A DNA stretch of 64,000 nt from NCBI GenBank assembly GCA_964016885.1, contig OZ024742.1, forward strand, positions 358,050,001 through 358,114,000, read 5' to 3'. Position 1 is the first letter of the stretch; every line of letters starts with the position of its first letter. The DNA is from Eledone cirrhosa (lineage: Eukaryota). A program made the translations under genes and the position numbers. Shown piece by piece: positions 1-13,419 of the stretch. The notes beneath the pieces were generated by a model. The model was given only the letters and a program-made list of their open reading frames with translations, searched no databases and was not told the origin of the DNA.

Positions 1-1511
1 ACTGTAAGGGTCAGTATTTCTCCTTGAGAAATTACTTGGGTCTGTGTCAACACATCCAACTCTTACTAACATGGAAGACAGACGTTAAATGAGGATGATG
101 ATAATATACATATCATCTACATCTATTTAGATATTTGCTCACATTAGATCTGGAAAATACTCTTTGCTGAGCAGAATTAATAAGATCAAATCATGCCTGG
201 AGTTACCACATTTTATGCCAAAACTGAAATTGATATCTGGATAAATAAATATAGTAGATATATAATATAGCAGCCTTTTAACTTTTGTATTTTGTGTAGA
301 TGGTGTCTTTATATAATTCACCTCAATTATTGTATGTTAAAATGGAGATAATACTGTAACATTGTCTTCATGCACCTTCCAAAACAAATTTCCCTTGTAA
401 ATCAAAGAAGTCATTGTGTTATTTGAAAGAAAGCAAAGAATTTGATTTGCTAAGAATATATTTGTACTAGAAAAAATAATTTTAAAAAAACATTAAGGAT
501 ACACTTCTATGTCATTCATTGGTTATTCATTAGGAATTTTCCATGAAGAAGAAAGATTCCACAAGTGTTATTTCTTGTAATATTGTTAGAGATCGTGTTT
601 CGAAGTTCAGCTGCTTCCATGTAGTTACAGCATGCAATTGAAGAAGAAGAAAACAAAACGAATATTTAACATATAAGTATGTCACGTTAACTGAAGTTTA
701 ACGTGACATAGCTGATTATTTACAAGGATAATGACTAATTAATGGATGATACAATATATTTCACAATAGAGATTTTAAGTGGATATGAAGCAAGATACCA
801 TGTGATATTCAATAAAGAAATATTCATTGTATGGTTACATTCAAAACTTTTAATACCAATATTAAACCATTCCTTTCAGAATGTTATACTTTCATTACAT
901 TATAAGACTTAGGTTTTCATTAAAACTAACATTTCTATATTCACCAATCATTTACAGATGATTTTTAATTATATATTTAGCTTCGCTTAGAACTCATTAT
1001 CTTTTCTATATTCCTATTTATATTATCTGATTTTTCACAAGATAAATGTTCTATATATCCTTATGTCTTTTACAAAATTGTAAACTTGTATGTTCTTCTC
1101 TAAGTCATGAACTGAAGCATTTGGATTGCTGCCAACTGCAATCTAATGAAAAGAAACATTTTTTCATCAATCTGCTTTTCTCTCTAATTTACACAAAAAA
1201 TTTCATACACATCCTAAATTATACCAATTATATTATATAAATTACTACTGTAATCTCAAAGGGAAACTGTAAGACTGCTATTTAGACCTCATTGTAATGA
1301 CATTAACTCTTAACATCCTGTACTACAGGGAAACCATATTTGCAAGACATTATTGTATTGTCATATCTTCTACTCATTTAGCAGAAAATAGCTGAAAACT
1401 GTTGTTAATTCAAATGTTTATAGTAACTTTTATTTGTGGATAGATATTTGTGAAAATATGCACTAAACAGAAGTAAAGACTTTAATATTTAGTGTGATGT
1501 TTTTTACTTAC

Positions 1512-1652
1512 AATAATTGTTTCTACGTTTGGCACAAGGCCAACAATTATCCCAGTGTATTACTATTGGTACTTTATTTTATCAACCCCATAAGGATGAA
1601 AGGCAAAGTTAACCTCGGCGGGATTTGAACTCAGATCATAAAGGGCCGTAAC
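1512..1652 (-). mobile_element. tRNA-derived SINE, family A (5'-truncated)
   Basis: Reverse complement has B-box GAGTTCAAATCC followed by GCCGAGGTTAACTTTGCCTTTCATCC..GATAAAATAAAGTACCA and tail GTAGAAACAATTATT, as in >12 other copies in the window. Confidence 0.85.
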
Positions 1653-2268
1653 TGATGATGATGGCAAATGGGATGATGATGATGAGAGTGTCCACGCAGA
1701 ATATTCTGAAACTCCATCAAGGACCAAAGCCTGATGATGTGCCCACCAATTCCTGACAGTTAAATAAACTAAGACTTAAAGAAGTGACTGTATTACATAC
1801 AGGATAAATTAGAGAGTTCCAACTATATATTGTCTACAAATTTGAAGAAGCCTAGTCCCCTAAATTCTATATTTTTAATTCTATTGTGTTACTTTAAAGA
1901 AAATCCTGTACAAAATGATGGCTGCAAAGTTTTTATTATACGAGGGTCTGGCCAATGTGATTGTTGTTTCTAGGATTGTTTGAAGTTGTCTGTTTAAATA
2001 TTGTTCTACCATCTGACGAGCTTGGGTGAAGAGATTGGGTAGCACTACCTAGTCGTTGACCCCAGCAAAATATATATCATAAGTATAGAAATAAAGTTAC
2101 ATACAACTACATATGGTCTTCACTCTAGTTAATATTCTCTCTGTCTTTCTCTCTCTCTCGATATATATTGTTGAGACTCAGCGAATGGAGAGATGCCGTG
2201 CTGAAGAGAACCTGACCAACCCATACAATCATGGAAGAACGAAAATAAAAGTGATGAGGATGATGATG

Positions 2269-2278
<10 letters not shown>

Positions 2279-2333
<55 letters not shown>
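2279..2333. repeat. (GA)n microsatellite
   Basis: Direct inspection. Confidence 0.97.
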
Positions 2334-2337
<4 letters not shown>

Positions 2338-2849
2338 GTGACAGACAAATAACTGGCAAACTGCCAAAGAAAGCCACACAAACAGATTAAAACAAATAGT
2401 AAGATAGGCAGATGGATAGATGAATAATGACAGAAGACTGTAGCTGTGTATTGATATTATTGTGTGAAATATTTAGAGTTGATACAGCTAGAATATGTTA
2501 TATACATACTACAAATTTGCTTACAACATTAATAAAAGAAATAAATGGATTTTGATGGCTTTGACAATGATTGTTTCAGTTGTTTGATATTTCAATGACC
2601 TTTAGGTTAGATTAACGTGCAAATGGCTGAGTATTCCACAGACAGAGTTTCTCCAGGAAATTCAATGTCTGGTTAGCCTAGCCAATTATTTACAAGCACA
2701 GTCAATATAACAATCTTCCAAATAGTTTCCATCTACCCCCAATTTATTCACAAAGCTTGGGTTATCTGAAAATTATAGTAGTAGACACTGGCCCAATATT
2801 ACATGCAGAACCCAGAATATATTGATTAAGAACCTTCTTATTCTTCACT

Positions 2850-3170
2850 TGGGAATCTCATTAGGACAGTGTCCCCAAACACATCTTCCAGCAGGTCCTG
2901 TTAAAAAATAAAAGCAACACTCTCAAATTGATCTGGCTAGATCCTCAAGCAAGACCAGCTGAAATCATAGATGTTATCTAACCAACTTTCTCGAAGTCTA
3001 TCCCTGGGTCTCCTGCTGGTTTATTTTGCCCAAAACATCTGTCCACTGAGACATTCTAAACACATTTTTGTAGTATCAAAGCTGTGATGTCTCAATTTGG
3101 AGAAGTAACAGCTCTCTCTGGAGTGACTCCCTGATCTCCAAGCTATGCACTCTATTGAGTAATGTTACTC
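2850..3170 (-). mobile_element. Decayed RTE-clade LINE 3' fragment
   Basis: Similar to 19290-19640 (+) and 43720-44160 (-), which carry an RTE C-terminal motif. Confidence 0.6.
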
Positions 3171-3715
3171 CAAAGACCCTTCTGAGGAATTCCAAGAAAC
3201 AAGCCCCTTAAACATTTCACCTTGCTTCATCCAATTAAATCAGAACAAGTTCATTCTTGTTGGACCATAGCTAATCCCATTTATTACAACCAACTGCTAG
3301 ATAAATATTCATTTATAAAGGTCAATGACTGCTTTTGTGATCACACAAACATTTAATTGATTTTCAAAGTGTTTGAAAACATATTCATAGCATTTCAATA
3401 AAATCCTAATTCCAATCCTATGTGGATTATTTCTTTTGAAGTTTCAAATGGAATAGGAATCAATTATTGTTGTAGTTAGAAATAATATTCCAATGACTGC
3501 TTTTAAGCATTTTTTTATACTACTACTATTATTATTATTGTTGTTGAAGAAATCATTATTGTTGTTGTTATTACATCACTATTACACACATTATGAATAT
3601 TTTAATGTTATTCTTTGATAATATATATTTTACGTTAGATAGATAGAAAAAAAAAATTATAATAATGTTGAAGAATCCTGCTGAATAAATACAGGAAATT
3701 GAAATTATATTTATC

Positions 3716-3917
3716 ATAAAGTAGAAACTATGAGACAAGATATATAAAGTAGAAACTATGAGACAAGATATATAAAGTAGAAACTATGAGACAAGATATA
3801 TAAAGTAGAATCTATGAGACAAGATGTATAAAGAAGAAACTATGAGACAATATATATAAAGTAGAAGCTATGAAACAATATATATAAAGTAGAAACTATG
3901 AGACAAGATGTATAAAG
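3716..3917. repeat. 28-bp minisatellite, ~7 copies
   Basis: Unit TAAAGTAGAAACTATGAGACAAGATATA with period 28 (starts at 3721, 3749, 3777...). Confidence 0.95.
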
Positions 3918-4699
3918 GAATTCCTCAATTCCTGTTATTTGTCTACCCCCATACAGAGGAAAACTCTTCTAGAGTTTTAGTTGATCCTATCAACAAAAAT
4001 AATTATTTTAGTTTGGTACTACTGTCAAATTTATGGGAGTTCTTGGCTTTTCTACCACTTTAACTCTTTAGTTACCAACCCAGCCAAAACCAGCTCTAGT
4101 TCTATGATTTAAAGATTTCCAATTGAAAGTAAACTCTTCTAACATAATTCTATATAAGTACCTTACATTAAGTAATGAAATAATTAATGATTTAGTAAAT
4201 CCCTCGAAATTCTTCATTAACAGCATGTATTTCATTAGTAATGCAGTCTTGAAAGGGTCAGTTTATCTTAGGTTAGTTTATCGAGGTCTCTCTTAAATCG
4301 ATAAGCTACTTTGGCTCTAGGGGTAACATTGATAAACATGACACTTTGGTATATTTATGGCTGTCATACCATGAGTGGGCCTTTCTTATCTTCCTTTTAG
4401 TCCTTTCTATACTATTCCATGATTTGCACTTATATATGGGGCAAATCCCATTTACATTAATCTTTAGGATGGATTTGAATTTTGTCATGGTCCCTTTTTA
4501 CACCTTGTCTTTTGGCTAGAGAACCACATATGGTGGATAAAGTTTTGTATGTGTCTCTTGAACTTTTTAACAATAAAAACAATACAAGACTTTTGGGAAA
4601 TTTACTTGTGATAGTTATGTCTTTTCAAAGAAAATAATTTTGCTTTGAGCCTAAAGTATGCCACAGAAACTGGAGCTAAATACTCAGTTACAAAATACT

Positions 4700-7240
4700 C
4701 ACCTTTCACAGATCATTATCATTGTGAGCACAGTTGAACATTCCTGAAAAGTCTCTCGACAATTCACGATTTTCCAAAGCTTCTGAAAACTCTATGACAG
4801 AGTTGATCAATGAAGGTTCAAGCAGGTCTTCCTATAACGCATCTCCCATGAGATGGTTCCCACTTACAGCTGTTATCTTGGGCAAGTTTCCGTACAAACT
4901 TTCATTTGATATATGTTGATGTCAGTTTAATGTTTTATATAACAAAATGTATTTTGTGTATGTACCATCTAGTTTCTTCTTAAGCTTGTATTAGGGTCTA
5001 TGTACCTGATCTATACAACACTGACTCAAGTGCTTGTGTCAGGGTCCAAATACCTGACTCATACAATAACACTGACTCAAGTGCTGGTGTCAGGGTCTAT
5101 GTACCTGATCCATACAACACTGACTCAAGTGCTTGTGTCAGTTTCCATGTACCTGATCCATACAACACTGACTCAAGTGCTTGTGTCAGGGTCCATGTAC
5201 CTGACCCATACAACACTTACTCAAGTGCTTGTGTCAGGGTCCATGTACCTGATCTATACAACACTGACTCAAGTGCTTGTGTCAGGGTCCATGTACCTGA
5301 TCTATACAACACTGACTCAAGTGCTTGTGTCAGTGTCCATGTACCTGATCCATACAACACTGACTCAAGTGCTGGTGTCAGGGTCGATGTACCTGATCCA
5401 TACAACACTGACTCAAGTGCTTGTGTCAGGGTCCATGTACCTGACCCATACAACACTGACTCAAGTGCTGGTGTCAGGGTCCATGTACCTGATCCATACA
5501 ACACTGACTCAAGTGCTTGTGTCAGATCCAAATACCTGACTCATACAACAACACTGACTCAAGTGCTTGTGTCAGGGTCCAAATACCTGACTCATACAAC
5601 AGCACTTACTCAAGTGCTTGTGTCAGCGTCCAAGTCCTGACCCATACAACACTGACTCAAGTGCTTGTGTCAGGGTCCAAATACCTGACTCATACAACAA
5701 CACTGACTCAAGTGCTTGTGTCAGGGTCCAAATACCTGACTCATACAACAACACTGACTCAAGTGCTTGTGTCATGGTCCATGTACCTGATCCATACAAC
5801 ACTGACTCTAGTGCTTGTGTCAGGGTCTATGTACCTGATCCATACAACACTGACTCAAGTGCTTGTGTCAGGGTCTATGTACCTGATCCATACAACACTG
5901 ACTCAAGTGCTTGTGTCAGGGTCTATGTACCTGATCCATACAACACTGACTCAAGTGCTTGTGTCAGGGTCCAAGTCCTGACCCATACAACAACACTGAT
6001 TCAACAAGTGTTCTGAAGAATTATATTTTGATTTTTATGGGTAGATCTGAGTTCCATATCCTTTCTATTTGCCTCATTGCAGCCCAGACATTGGAAATTC
6101 TAATGTCAACATCATGTTTTATGATCTCCTCCAGCTGCCCAAATATAAAACATTATGAACATGATTTATTATTCCACCTTCCAGTGTCACAAGACTTCCA
6201 TCTTCATAGTTTAGTATGTTCTCTGTCTTTGTAACATTTATGTGCAGACCAATTCCCTGGGTTCCACATACTTCTAGTAGCCTCCATTTGTGAGAGAGTT
6301 CATCTATTCTGGCTGAAACCATTTTGATTTATTGTGAGTTTCAAGCCTATATGTCATCTTATTCTGTGTTGTAGATTTTAGTTGTGTTGTAGATTTTAGC
6401 TACAACTACTGACAAAGTAAATCCCCTGTAATTTGCTGTATATCCCATATCACTCTTCTTTGTTAGAGAAACTATTCCTCCAGATTTTTGGTACATCTCC
6501 TTTGAAGGTCTCATGGCAGATTTCAAGCAGCTCATTATTCATGCATACTTTCCATACTTTTGCTGGTATATTATCCAAGATGCTTTGTGTTTTTGTGTGT
6601 CAACTCAACTTCAGCATTGTAAAGTCACGACCATCAACATGCAGTGTGTCAAATACTTTGTCAATATTTCCTTCAACTATCAAAGGAGATTGTCACGATA
6701 ACTTAGAAGAATGTTCTTTCCACAACTTGACTCTTTCCTTGGGTTTTAGCTTTTATCTTACCTTGGTTGGATATATTTCTTCAACTTATTTCATTCATAA
6801 CACCACCAGCAAGCTTAGCATTCTTGTTCTTTGATATAAGCATCATCGATATTCCTTTTAGCTTCAACTATAAACTGTTTGCTTCTGTGAGATGGAGTAT
6901 TCATTTGGAACAGGCACGTCTTAATTCTTTCCTTACTACTTCTTGGTTTTCCCAAGGGGTCTTCTTATTTGCTTTGAGCTGTTTCAAAGGTGTGTGCAGC
7001 TCTGTAGCCTTTTAATATGCTTCAATTATATTTCCATACATTTTGTTGGCAGAGTTGTCTCGAGATTGGTCATGAAGAGCATTGTCTCTGTTACTAATTT
7101 CAATTGTATAATTTTCCCTGATGTTCTCATTTGTGTTCAGTACAGACCAGTCAAAGGAAATTTTCTTTATCTTGTTAGTTTTGTTACATCTTAGTAATAA
7201 TCTGAACCTAGCTGTGATAGGCTGATGATCTGAATATAGA
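4700..7240 (-). mobile_element. Decayed RTE-clade LINE interrupted by a minisatellite derived from its own ORF
   Basis: Minus-strand peptides GLHINVTKTE..YLGSW, DVDIRISNVWAAMRQIERIW..FFRTLVESVLLYGSG, KKLDGTYTK, QHISNESLYGNLPKIT and WEPSHGR..GRP match the RTE RT C-terminus; stops and frameshifts present. Confidence 0.85.
4993..6003. repeat. 48-bp (some 51-bp) minisatellite, ~20-21 copies
   Basis: Unit CATACAACACTGACTCAAGTGCTTGTGTCAGGGTCCATGTACCTGATC; minus strand translates to (LESVLYGSGTWTLTQA)n. Confidence 0.97.
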
Positions 7241-7324
7241 GGTAAGAAAGAGTTTCACAGTTCATTGAACTATTTTACCATTTATTATATTTTAAAATAT
7301 GGACCTAAAATATCATGAAATGAA

Positions 7325-7643
7325 TCATCTTCATCATCATTTTCGTCCACTTTTCCCTTCTTGCAAAGGGGGGATGGGTCCTATTCAGCACAGCATCTTT
7401 CCACTTGTCACAGTCCTTCGTCATCTCCACCGTGAGTTTCAGCAATCTGAGGTCTGCTCTCACCACCTCCGCCCATGTTTTTCATGGTCTTCCTCTACTG
7501 CGTCTTCCTTCTACTGGGATTTCTTGACACTTCTTTACCCAGCGGTCATCCTCCATGCGCAAAACATGTCCATACCATCTCAGTCTTCTCCCCTGCACAC
7601 CACAACTTATCCCTCTTATACCCAGTTTCTCTCTCAACTCATC
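7325..7643 (-). mobile_element. RTE LINE 3' end fragment
   Basis: Minus strand DELREKLGIRGISCGVQGRRLRWYGHVLRMEDD..GRP, ending in a (TGA)n tail. Confidence 0.85.
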
Positions 7644-8300
7644 TATGCTTGTAAATATAAAATATAACTGTTAAATAAACTTCCACAAGTTAGGGTGTTA
7701 CTCTATGTATCTGGTATGAAGTTATTTTCTCTGAATACAACACTGTTATCAGGGGCAGTGGAAGCATTTCTGAATTGAGAATGTGGTGGTGGTGTGTGTG
7801 TGGGGTGTGTGTGTGTGGGGGGGCGTAGTCAATTTAGTTGTAGTGATTAGTTTAGTTCTTTATACTCTAAAATGGTCAGAAAATGCAATTTGAGTCCAAG
7901 CAAGTCATATTACATTTACAGTTTTAAATGTAAAGTGATTATAGCAAAATGACCTGTGAAATCTGTCTCAATACACATACTAGCAATTGGCAGTGATATG
8001 TGGAGAAAAAGTTGTGAATTGACCAAAAAATTCAATATGTCATAAAAGTAACATGTACATAAATTGTAGCACATATACAAATAAGTGTGTGTTTTGGTAG
8101 TTTGGGGATATAATTATGGGGGGCAGAGTTCCACTGCCTCTGGTTATATCTCAGATAATATAACTAAATGATTTATTACATCCTCACAACATCTCTGTGA
8201 ACTAAGACACATAAAATTAAGAATATTATTCAAAGACACACAAGATTCTGCAATCAGTTTAAACTTGAAATATTTCAGCTGTAGTAGTTGAATTCCAGAT

Positions 8301-8745
8301 TCATCATCATCATCATCACCGTTTTACGTCCATTCTTCAACGCTACCATGGGTTAGACGGGTTGTCCTGTGGTGGGCAGTGTCTGGTTGGCTGATCTTGT
8401 CTTGCTCATACGGGAACTGGTTCTGGCTTGATTTCTACAGATGGATGCCCTTCCTAACACCAACCACATTTACAGTGAGTGCTGGGTGCTTTTTTTCTGT
8501 GGCACCTAAACGACCACTTTACAGTGTTGGCTGGGTCCTTTTCTTCCGTGGCGCCTACACGACCACTTTGCAGTGTGGGCTGGGTGCGTTTTTGCCATGA
8601 CACCTCCATGACCCCCTTTACAGTGTGGGCTGGGTGCTTTTTCCCATGGCACCTCCACAACACTTTGCAGTGGGAGGGGGTGGGGCATATTGTCTATATG
8701 CTTCAGCTTCAGCTTGTTCCTGTGGGAAGTCGAGTCTTCTGTATT
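8301..8745 (-). mobile_element. RTE 3' UTR copy with 5 internal ~41-bp repeats
   Basis: (CAT)n tail, GGATGCCCTTCCTAACACCAACC motif shared with the 3' UTR of the 36.4-38.9 kb RTE; repeated TTACAGTGTGGGCTGGGTGC units. Confidence 0.85.
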
Positions 8746-9465
8746 TCTATATTATTCAATTAGACATTTTGCTTCTACTTATGAAAAACTGATTTTCGAT
8801 CATAGATTACTAAAGATCCGAACGATAAATATTTACAATATGTTCTGGTTGATTGATCTACTTTTAATTATGAAGGTTGTTCAAATAATTATCTAATTTA
8901 CAAAGAGATTTTTAATGCACACTCCATAAACATTTCCAAATTTTATTTTTAGTCTCATTGCAGTCTTAAATACTCATTAATCACTATATCCATAACTTAT
9001 TTATTGTTAAACAGTTTAACATTTATTAGCATATTCCACATAATATTGCTTTAATTTTCCATAATAATGTTATCTAACTTCTCTACAATTACTTTTATTG
9101 AGAAAGTAAGATATAATTTTAATAGCTGTGTTTTAGCCACTGGTCAATCCTGATCAAGCAGATATACAGACAGATGCCAGCTTTGACCATGTTATCTTTT
9201 ATTATTGTGGTTAAGGTATTTGGCTTATGATGAATTAGATTGAAGACTTTCGTTTATAATGAGAGAGGAAATATAGAAGGATAGAAGGGATAGTAAGGAG
9301 ACCAACAAAAAAATGTCAATGTGATAATACCCCTTAAGGAGATATAATTATGATATATTAATTTGGTAAAAAGAGCCAGATAAATAGACAGATAGATAGA
9401 CAATATATACCCAATAGTGTATATATGACAGCAACAGTTGACTGATGAAATGAGAAGTCAGTCAA

Positions 9466-9692
9466 TCATATTGGAGGCTTCCCCACAGCCCCAGCGGACA
9501 GAATAGAGAAGGTGTTTCTCTGGAGGACGGCAAGGGAGATGCGCTGGAAAAGCCATTCCAACTCATTGGGCTCACACCTGTGGCTGGCCAGCTCAGCGCC
9601 TATGGTGGTGAGTAGGGAGGTAGCCCTAGGGCTGAGGCCACCAGAGGTCTCCACTGCCAAGGGTATGACCGCAAACCTGTCGGAGAGCGACC
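9466..9692 (-). mobile_element. CRE/NeSL-type non-LTR retrotransposon fragment (C-terminus of restriction-like endonuclease)
   Basis: Minus strand SLSDRFAVIPLAVETSGGLSP..EPNELEWLFQRISLAVLQRNTFSIL resembles the PxAVETxGxxG..QRxSxAxxRGN end of RLE retroelements; GC-rich island. Confidence 0.7.
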
Positions 9693-11063
9693 ATTGGAGT
9701 TCAATTCCTCTCAGTGTCGTGTGTCCTTGAGCAAGGCACCTTATTTCATGTTGCTCCAGTCTACTTAGCTGGAAAAAATAGGTTGTCCATATTTACATGC
9801 ATAGTATCATGTGAAGAAAAGTAAAAGTGTAGTTAATTCAGACAGGATTTGAACTTTGAAATGAGAAGAAACTAAATATACTAAAGTATTTAATCTGACA
9901 TATAACACATGCACCCATCTGCATCACTTTCAATTGAAGATAAATGATGAAATATAAATGAAGATTTAGCAGCAACAAATGTATTATTGAAAATAAATAT
10001 GTTCAGATAGCTCAGATGAAACAAATAAGTAAGTTGTTTGTCATTTTATTTATAGAAAAACTTGAAGGCACTTACCTCTCGATAAGCATGGTTGCTTCAT
10101 TGCATGCATTATGGAATGGACAGTCAAAGAAGAGTCATATAAATAGAAGCAAGAAATGCTAAAATAGATTTCAGTCTAATAGCTAAATATGGATCACGCC
10201 ATCAATCTTATGTACCAAAACAACAGAAATCAGTCTAACTGTTACAGAATTCACTGATTCCCGTACAAAGCATAGAATAGAGAAGAATATACTTGAGTTG
10301 TCATAGCAAAGTAGTAATCACTCAAATAACTTCATTAAATAAAATGTTTACAAACAAAAAGTCAGATCATGAAATTTAATAGTTGAAAAACTTGACAGCA
10401 ACTTGACATTTACAACAAAATATCGTTTTAAAGGAAATACTTTAGTTGAAAACTTAAAATAATATCAATACTCTTAACGGAATTATTCCTCGTTTTTCTG
10501 ATGAAGTAAATACATGGCTAGGGTAGAGAATTTAGAGTAGGGATGAACTGGGGTGGTAGGAGGTTGTCAATTAAAGCTAATTACAGATCTTTTAACACAG
10601 ATCCCTTTTTATGTTTTCCTCCGATGTGTCATATTTTGTGAATCCTAGAAGCAAATGGCTTCCGAATCACTTCCAGGATTTGTATTTTTCTTTCATATTT
10701 GCTACGTATTTATGTAATGGTAATTAAAAGTTTAAGAATAATTAAAAATGTAAGTGAGGAATTCATTAGAATGTCAGATAGAATGTTTTACAGTGTTTGT
10801 TGTAACTCTTTACACTCTGAGTTCAAATCCTGCCTAGGTCAAAAATATCTTCATCCCGTCGAAGTCAATAAAAAAAGTACTAGCGTAGTACTGGGATCAA
10901 CTGTTCCTCTCTATCTCTTTCTTACGAGCACTTTATAATTTGCTCTTCTACTCTGGAAGAAATTAGCTGTGTTCAAACCTGGAGAGGGATGAGTTTTGCT
11001 AGGTTTAACATAACTAAGTCTATGTCACTATGGTGTCCTCATGATTCCATCAGGAATTATGAG

Positions 11064-11348
11064 CAGGGCCAGATTTAACAGGGGGCAAAAGGGGCAATTG
11101 CCCCAGGTCCCTGCAAGGGGGAGGGTGGCATCAGTGATAGATATAACAATTTATTTGTGCCCTCTAATGGGCCTTTTAATATTAGGATGGTTCTAATTTT
11201 TTTATTTAATACCTGTATTTATAACTTTTCAATTCCAAGCTAACTTTGATATGCAAAATTGGGGGTTGCTGTGTATTCTAAGTTTTTGTGTATGAGGGGC
11301 CTCCAAACCTTAAGTGCCCTGCCCCTACCGGGTCTAAATCCAACCCTA
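11064..11348 (+). mobile_element. hAT-like MITE
   Basis: TIR CAGGGCCAGATTTA..TAAATCCAACCCT; internal sequence shared with copies at 18.07, 22.33, 27.61, 41.79 and 50.2 kb. Confidence 0.75.
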
Positions 11349-12709
11349 GTTGTGGGTTCATACAAATTCATACAATAATTAAGAGCCCTGAATTAGTTAA
11401 AATGCTAAACTAAAATCCCTTAGAATATTCAGTTTTGTATCCCATTCATCTGAATTCAAATCTATATGGGGTTAACTTTCTATTTCCTGTCTCCAAATAA
11501 AACCAGTACCATACTCTACACTAATTACTGCCTCTGTCTGCCTCTTCCTCTACTAGATATTGGTGGCCTTGTGCCAATGAAAGAAATCAATATTAATTAA
11601 ATAACTATTTCAGTTATAAATGATAGACTGATCAAGCAAATGTATTTTAATATTTACCTTCATCACTTCTCGGTTGTGAGATCAAATTCTGCTAATGTCA
11701 GCAGTACTTTCATCACTGTTTATAAAATAATTACTAATGATATATCAGAGACAATTTCAAAATTGGGGTTTTGCCAACTCAAAAGTAATTAGTGTGTATA
11801 TTGTATAAATGTGTGTACAGTACTGTAGAGAATGAGACGAGATGAATAGTTAAGAATATAAGTCAGCCAATTTCAATTCCCAGTGGCAGCCATTTTGTTT
11901 CACTTATAAATTATTACCCTTGAGAATAACATATAGCATCATTTCTCTTTAAGAAATCAGGATTGATTAAAGAACTGTAAGCACTGTAAGAGAAAGCAGT
12001 AAGATGAGATTCTGATATGATTTACATTTCTGGTTTAAGGCCATTTCATTTCCTTTATACTATGTTATAAGAAAGGCATACATATCACTGTTTCTAGATC
12101 CCCTCGTCCTATATAGAGAAATATAGGACATTTCTGCTTAGTTTAAATTAATCAATAATGATTAAAGAATTAAAAATATTCAATAATATTACACATTCAC
12201 TATTCTAAGAATTAAATAATTTTAAAAGAATTTTTTTAATTCTCATTTGATTGCAAAACTTAGATTTAGATATAAATTAAACTAAAGTGATTCCATTTCC
12301 ATTATCAAATGAGAGTAAAATGCAGTTGTTTGTGAATAATGTGATATATGCATGTCAACATTCATACATCTCTAGTGCAATACATTCACTGATTCTTACT
12401 AATACATTAAACATCTCTTTAATATATCTTAGTCTTCACTATAATCAAATAACATGTTATTTTTTGCTATATTTTTAATTTTGTTTCAGTTTTCTAATCT
12501 ATTGTTCAGTTTACTATTTTCTAAAATATTCTCTCTTCTAGTTATTGACTTCTTGGAGCAGTGATTCTTCTACTGCTAGGTTCCAATTTTAATATCAAAG
12601 TTTCTATTCTAACTCTTCTTTTTCTAGATGTGACTAACCAATGTGGAAAATAGACGTTCAATGATGATCATGCACCTCAGCACTGTACACAATAATTATG
12701 ATGATGATA

Positions 12710-12930
12710 AGGGTGGTGGACTGGCAGTAACGGTAAAGCGTCGGATATTATGCTTTGTGGCATAGAGTTACAGCAGTTTACATTCTCAGTTCAAATCTCG
12801 CCGAGGTTAGCTTTGCCTTTTGTCCTTATGGGGTCGATAAAATAAAGTACCAGTCACGTACCGAGGTCGATTTAATTGACTTTCCCCTCCCCTTCAAATT
12901 GCTGGCCATGTGCCTAAATTAGAAACCATT
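12710..12930 (+). mobile_element. SINE family A
   Basis: A-box-like TGGCAGTAACGG, B-box GTTCAAATC and the conserved central domain. Confidence 0.85.
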
Positions 12931-13419
12931 CTTATTGTGATGATATCCTTATTTTATATACATAGAATGATAATTTAACACACGCACACACACAAGACGC
13001 ACACACACAGAGGAACACACACACATACGCACACACACAGAGGCACACACACACAGACGCACACACAGCATCGTTTAAAGTTAAGTTATTCCTACTAGCA
13101 AGTGTTGAATCATCACAAACTACATTAGTACTTAATTGGAGTTGCTGATATCTCAACTGAGTCAGGGTTGCACGTCTTTTTGTATATGTGTGTCCACAGT
13201 CTACAGATTGCACAGGGTACATTTTATCATGGCACCACCACTAGGGAGGTTGTTATATCTTTGACAAAGCTGAAGTGTCTTCTCAAATTGAATGGAATTC
13301 TGGAAAAGAATCACACAATTAAAGTACGCAATACATCAAGTATGTTATTTTATTGAAGGGTAACTCTTACAGGAGTAGTTCTATTTCTTTCTGTCATGAA
13401 ATTATCAGAGAATCAAGTA

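Noticed and set aside
139-230. Possible minus-strand exon (AG..GTGAG)
   Set aside because: Splice-like sites present but no recognisable protein or supporting neighbouring exons
4993-6003. CRISPR-like array or repeat-protein gene
   Set aside because: Contiguous tandem units without unique spacers, no cas genes, eukaryotic context; the unit derives from an RTE ORF
9438-9465. TTGACTGATGA..TCAGTCAA as a hammerhead
   Set aside because: No stem II or GAAA in the correct arrangement; simple 8-bp hairpin
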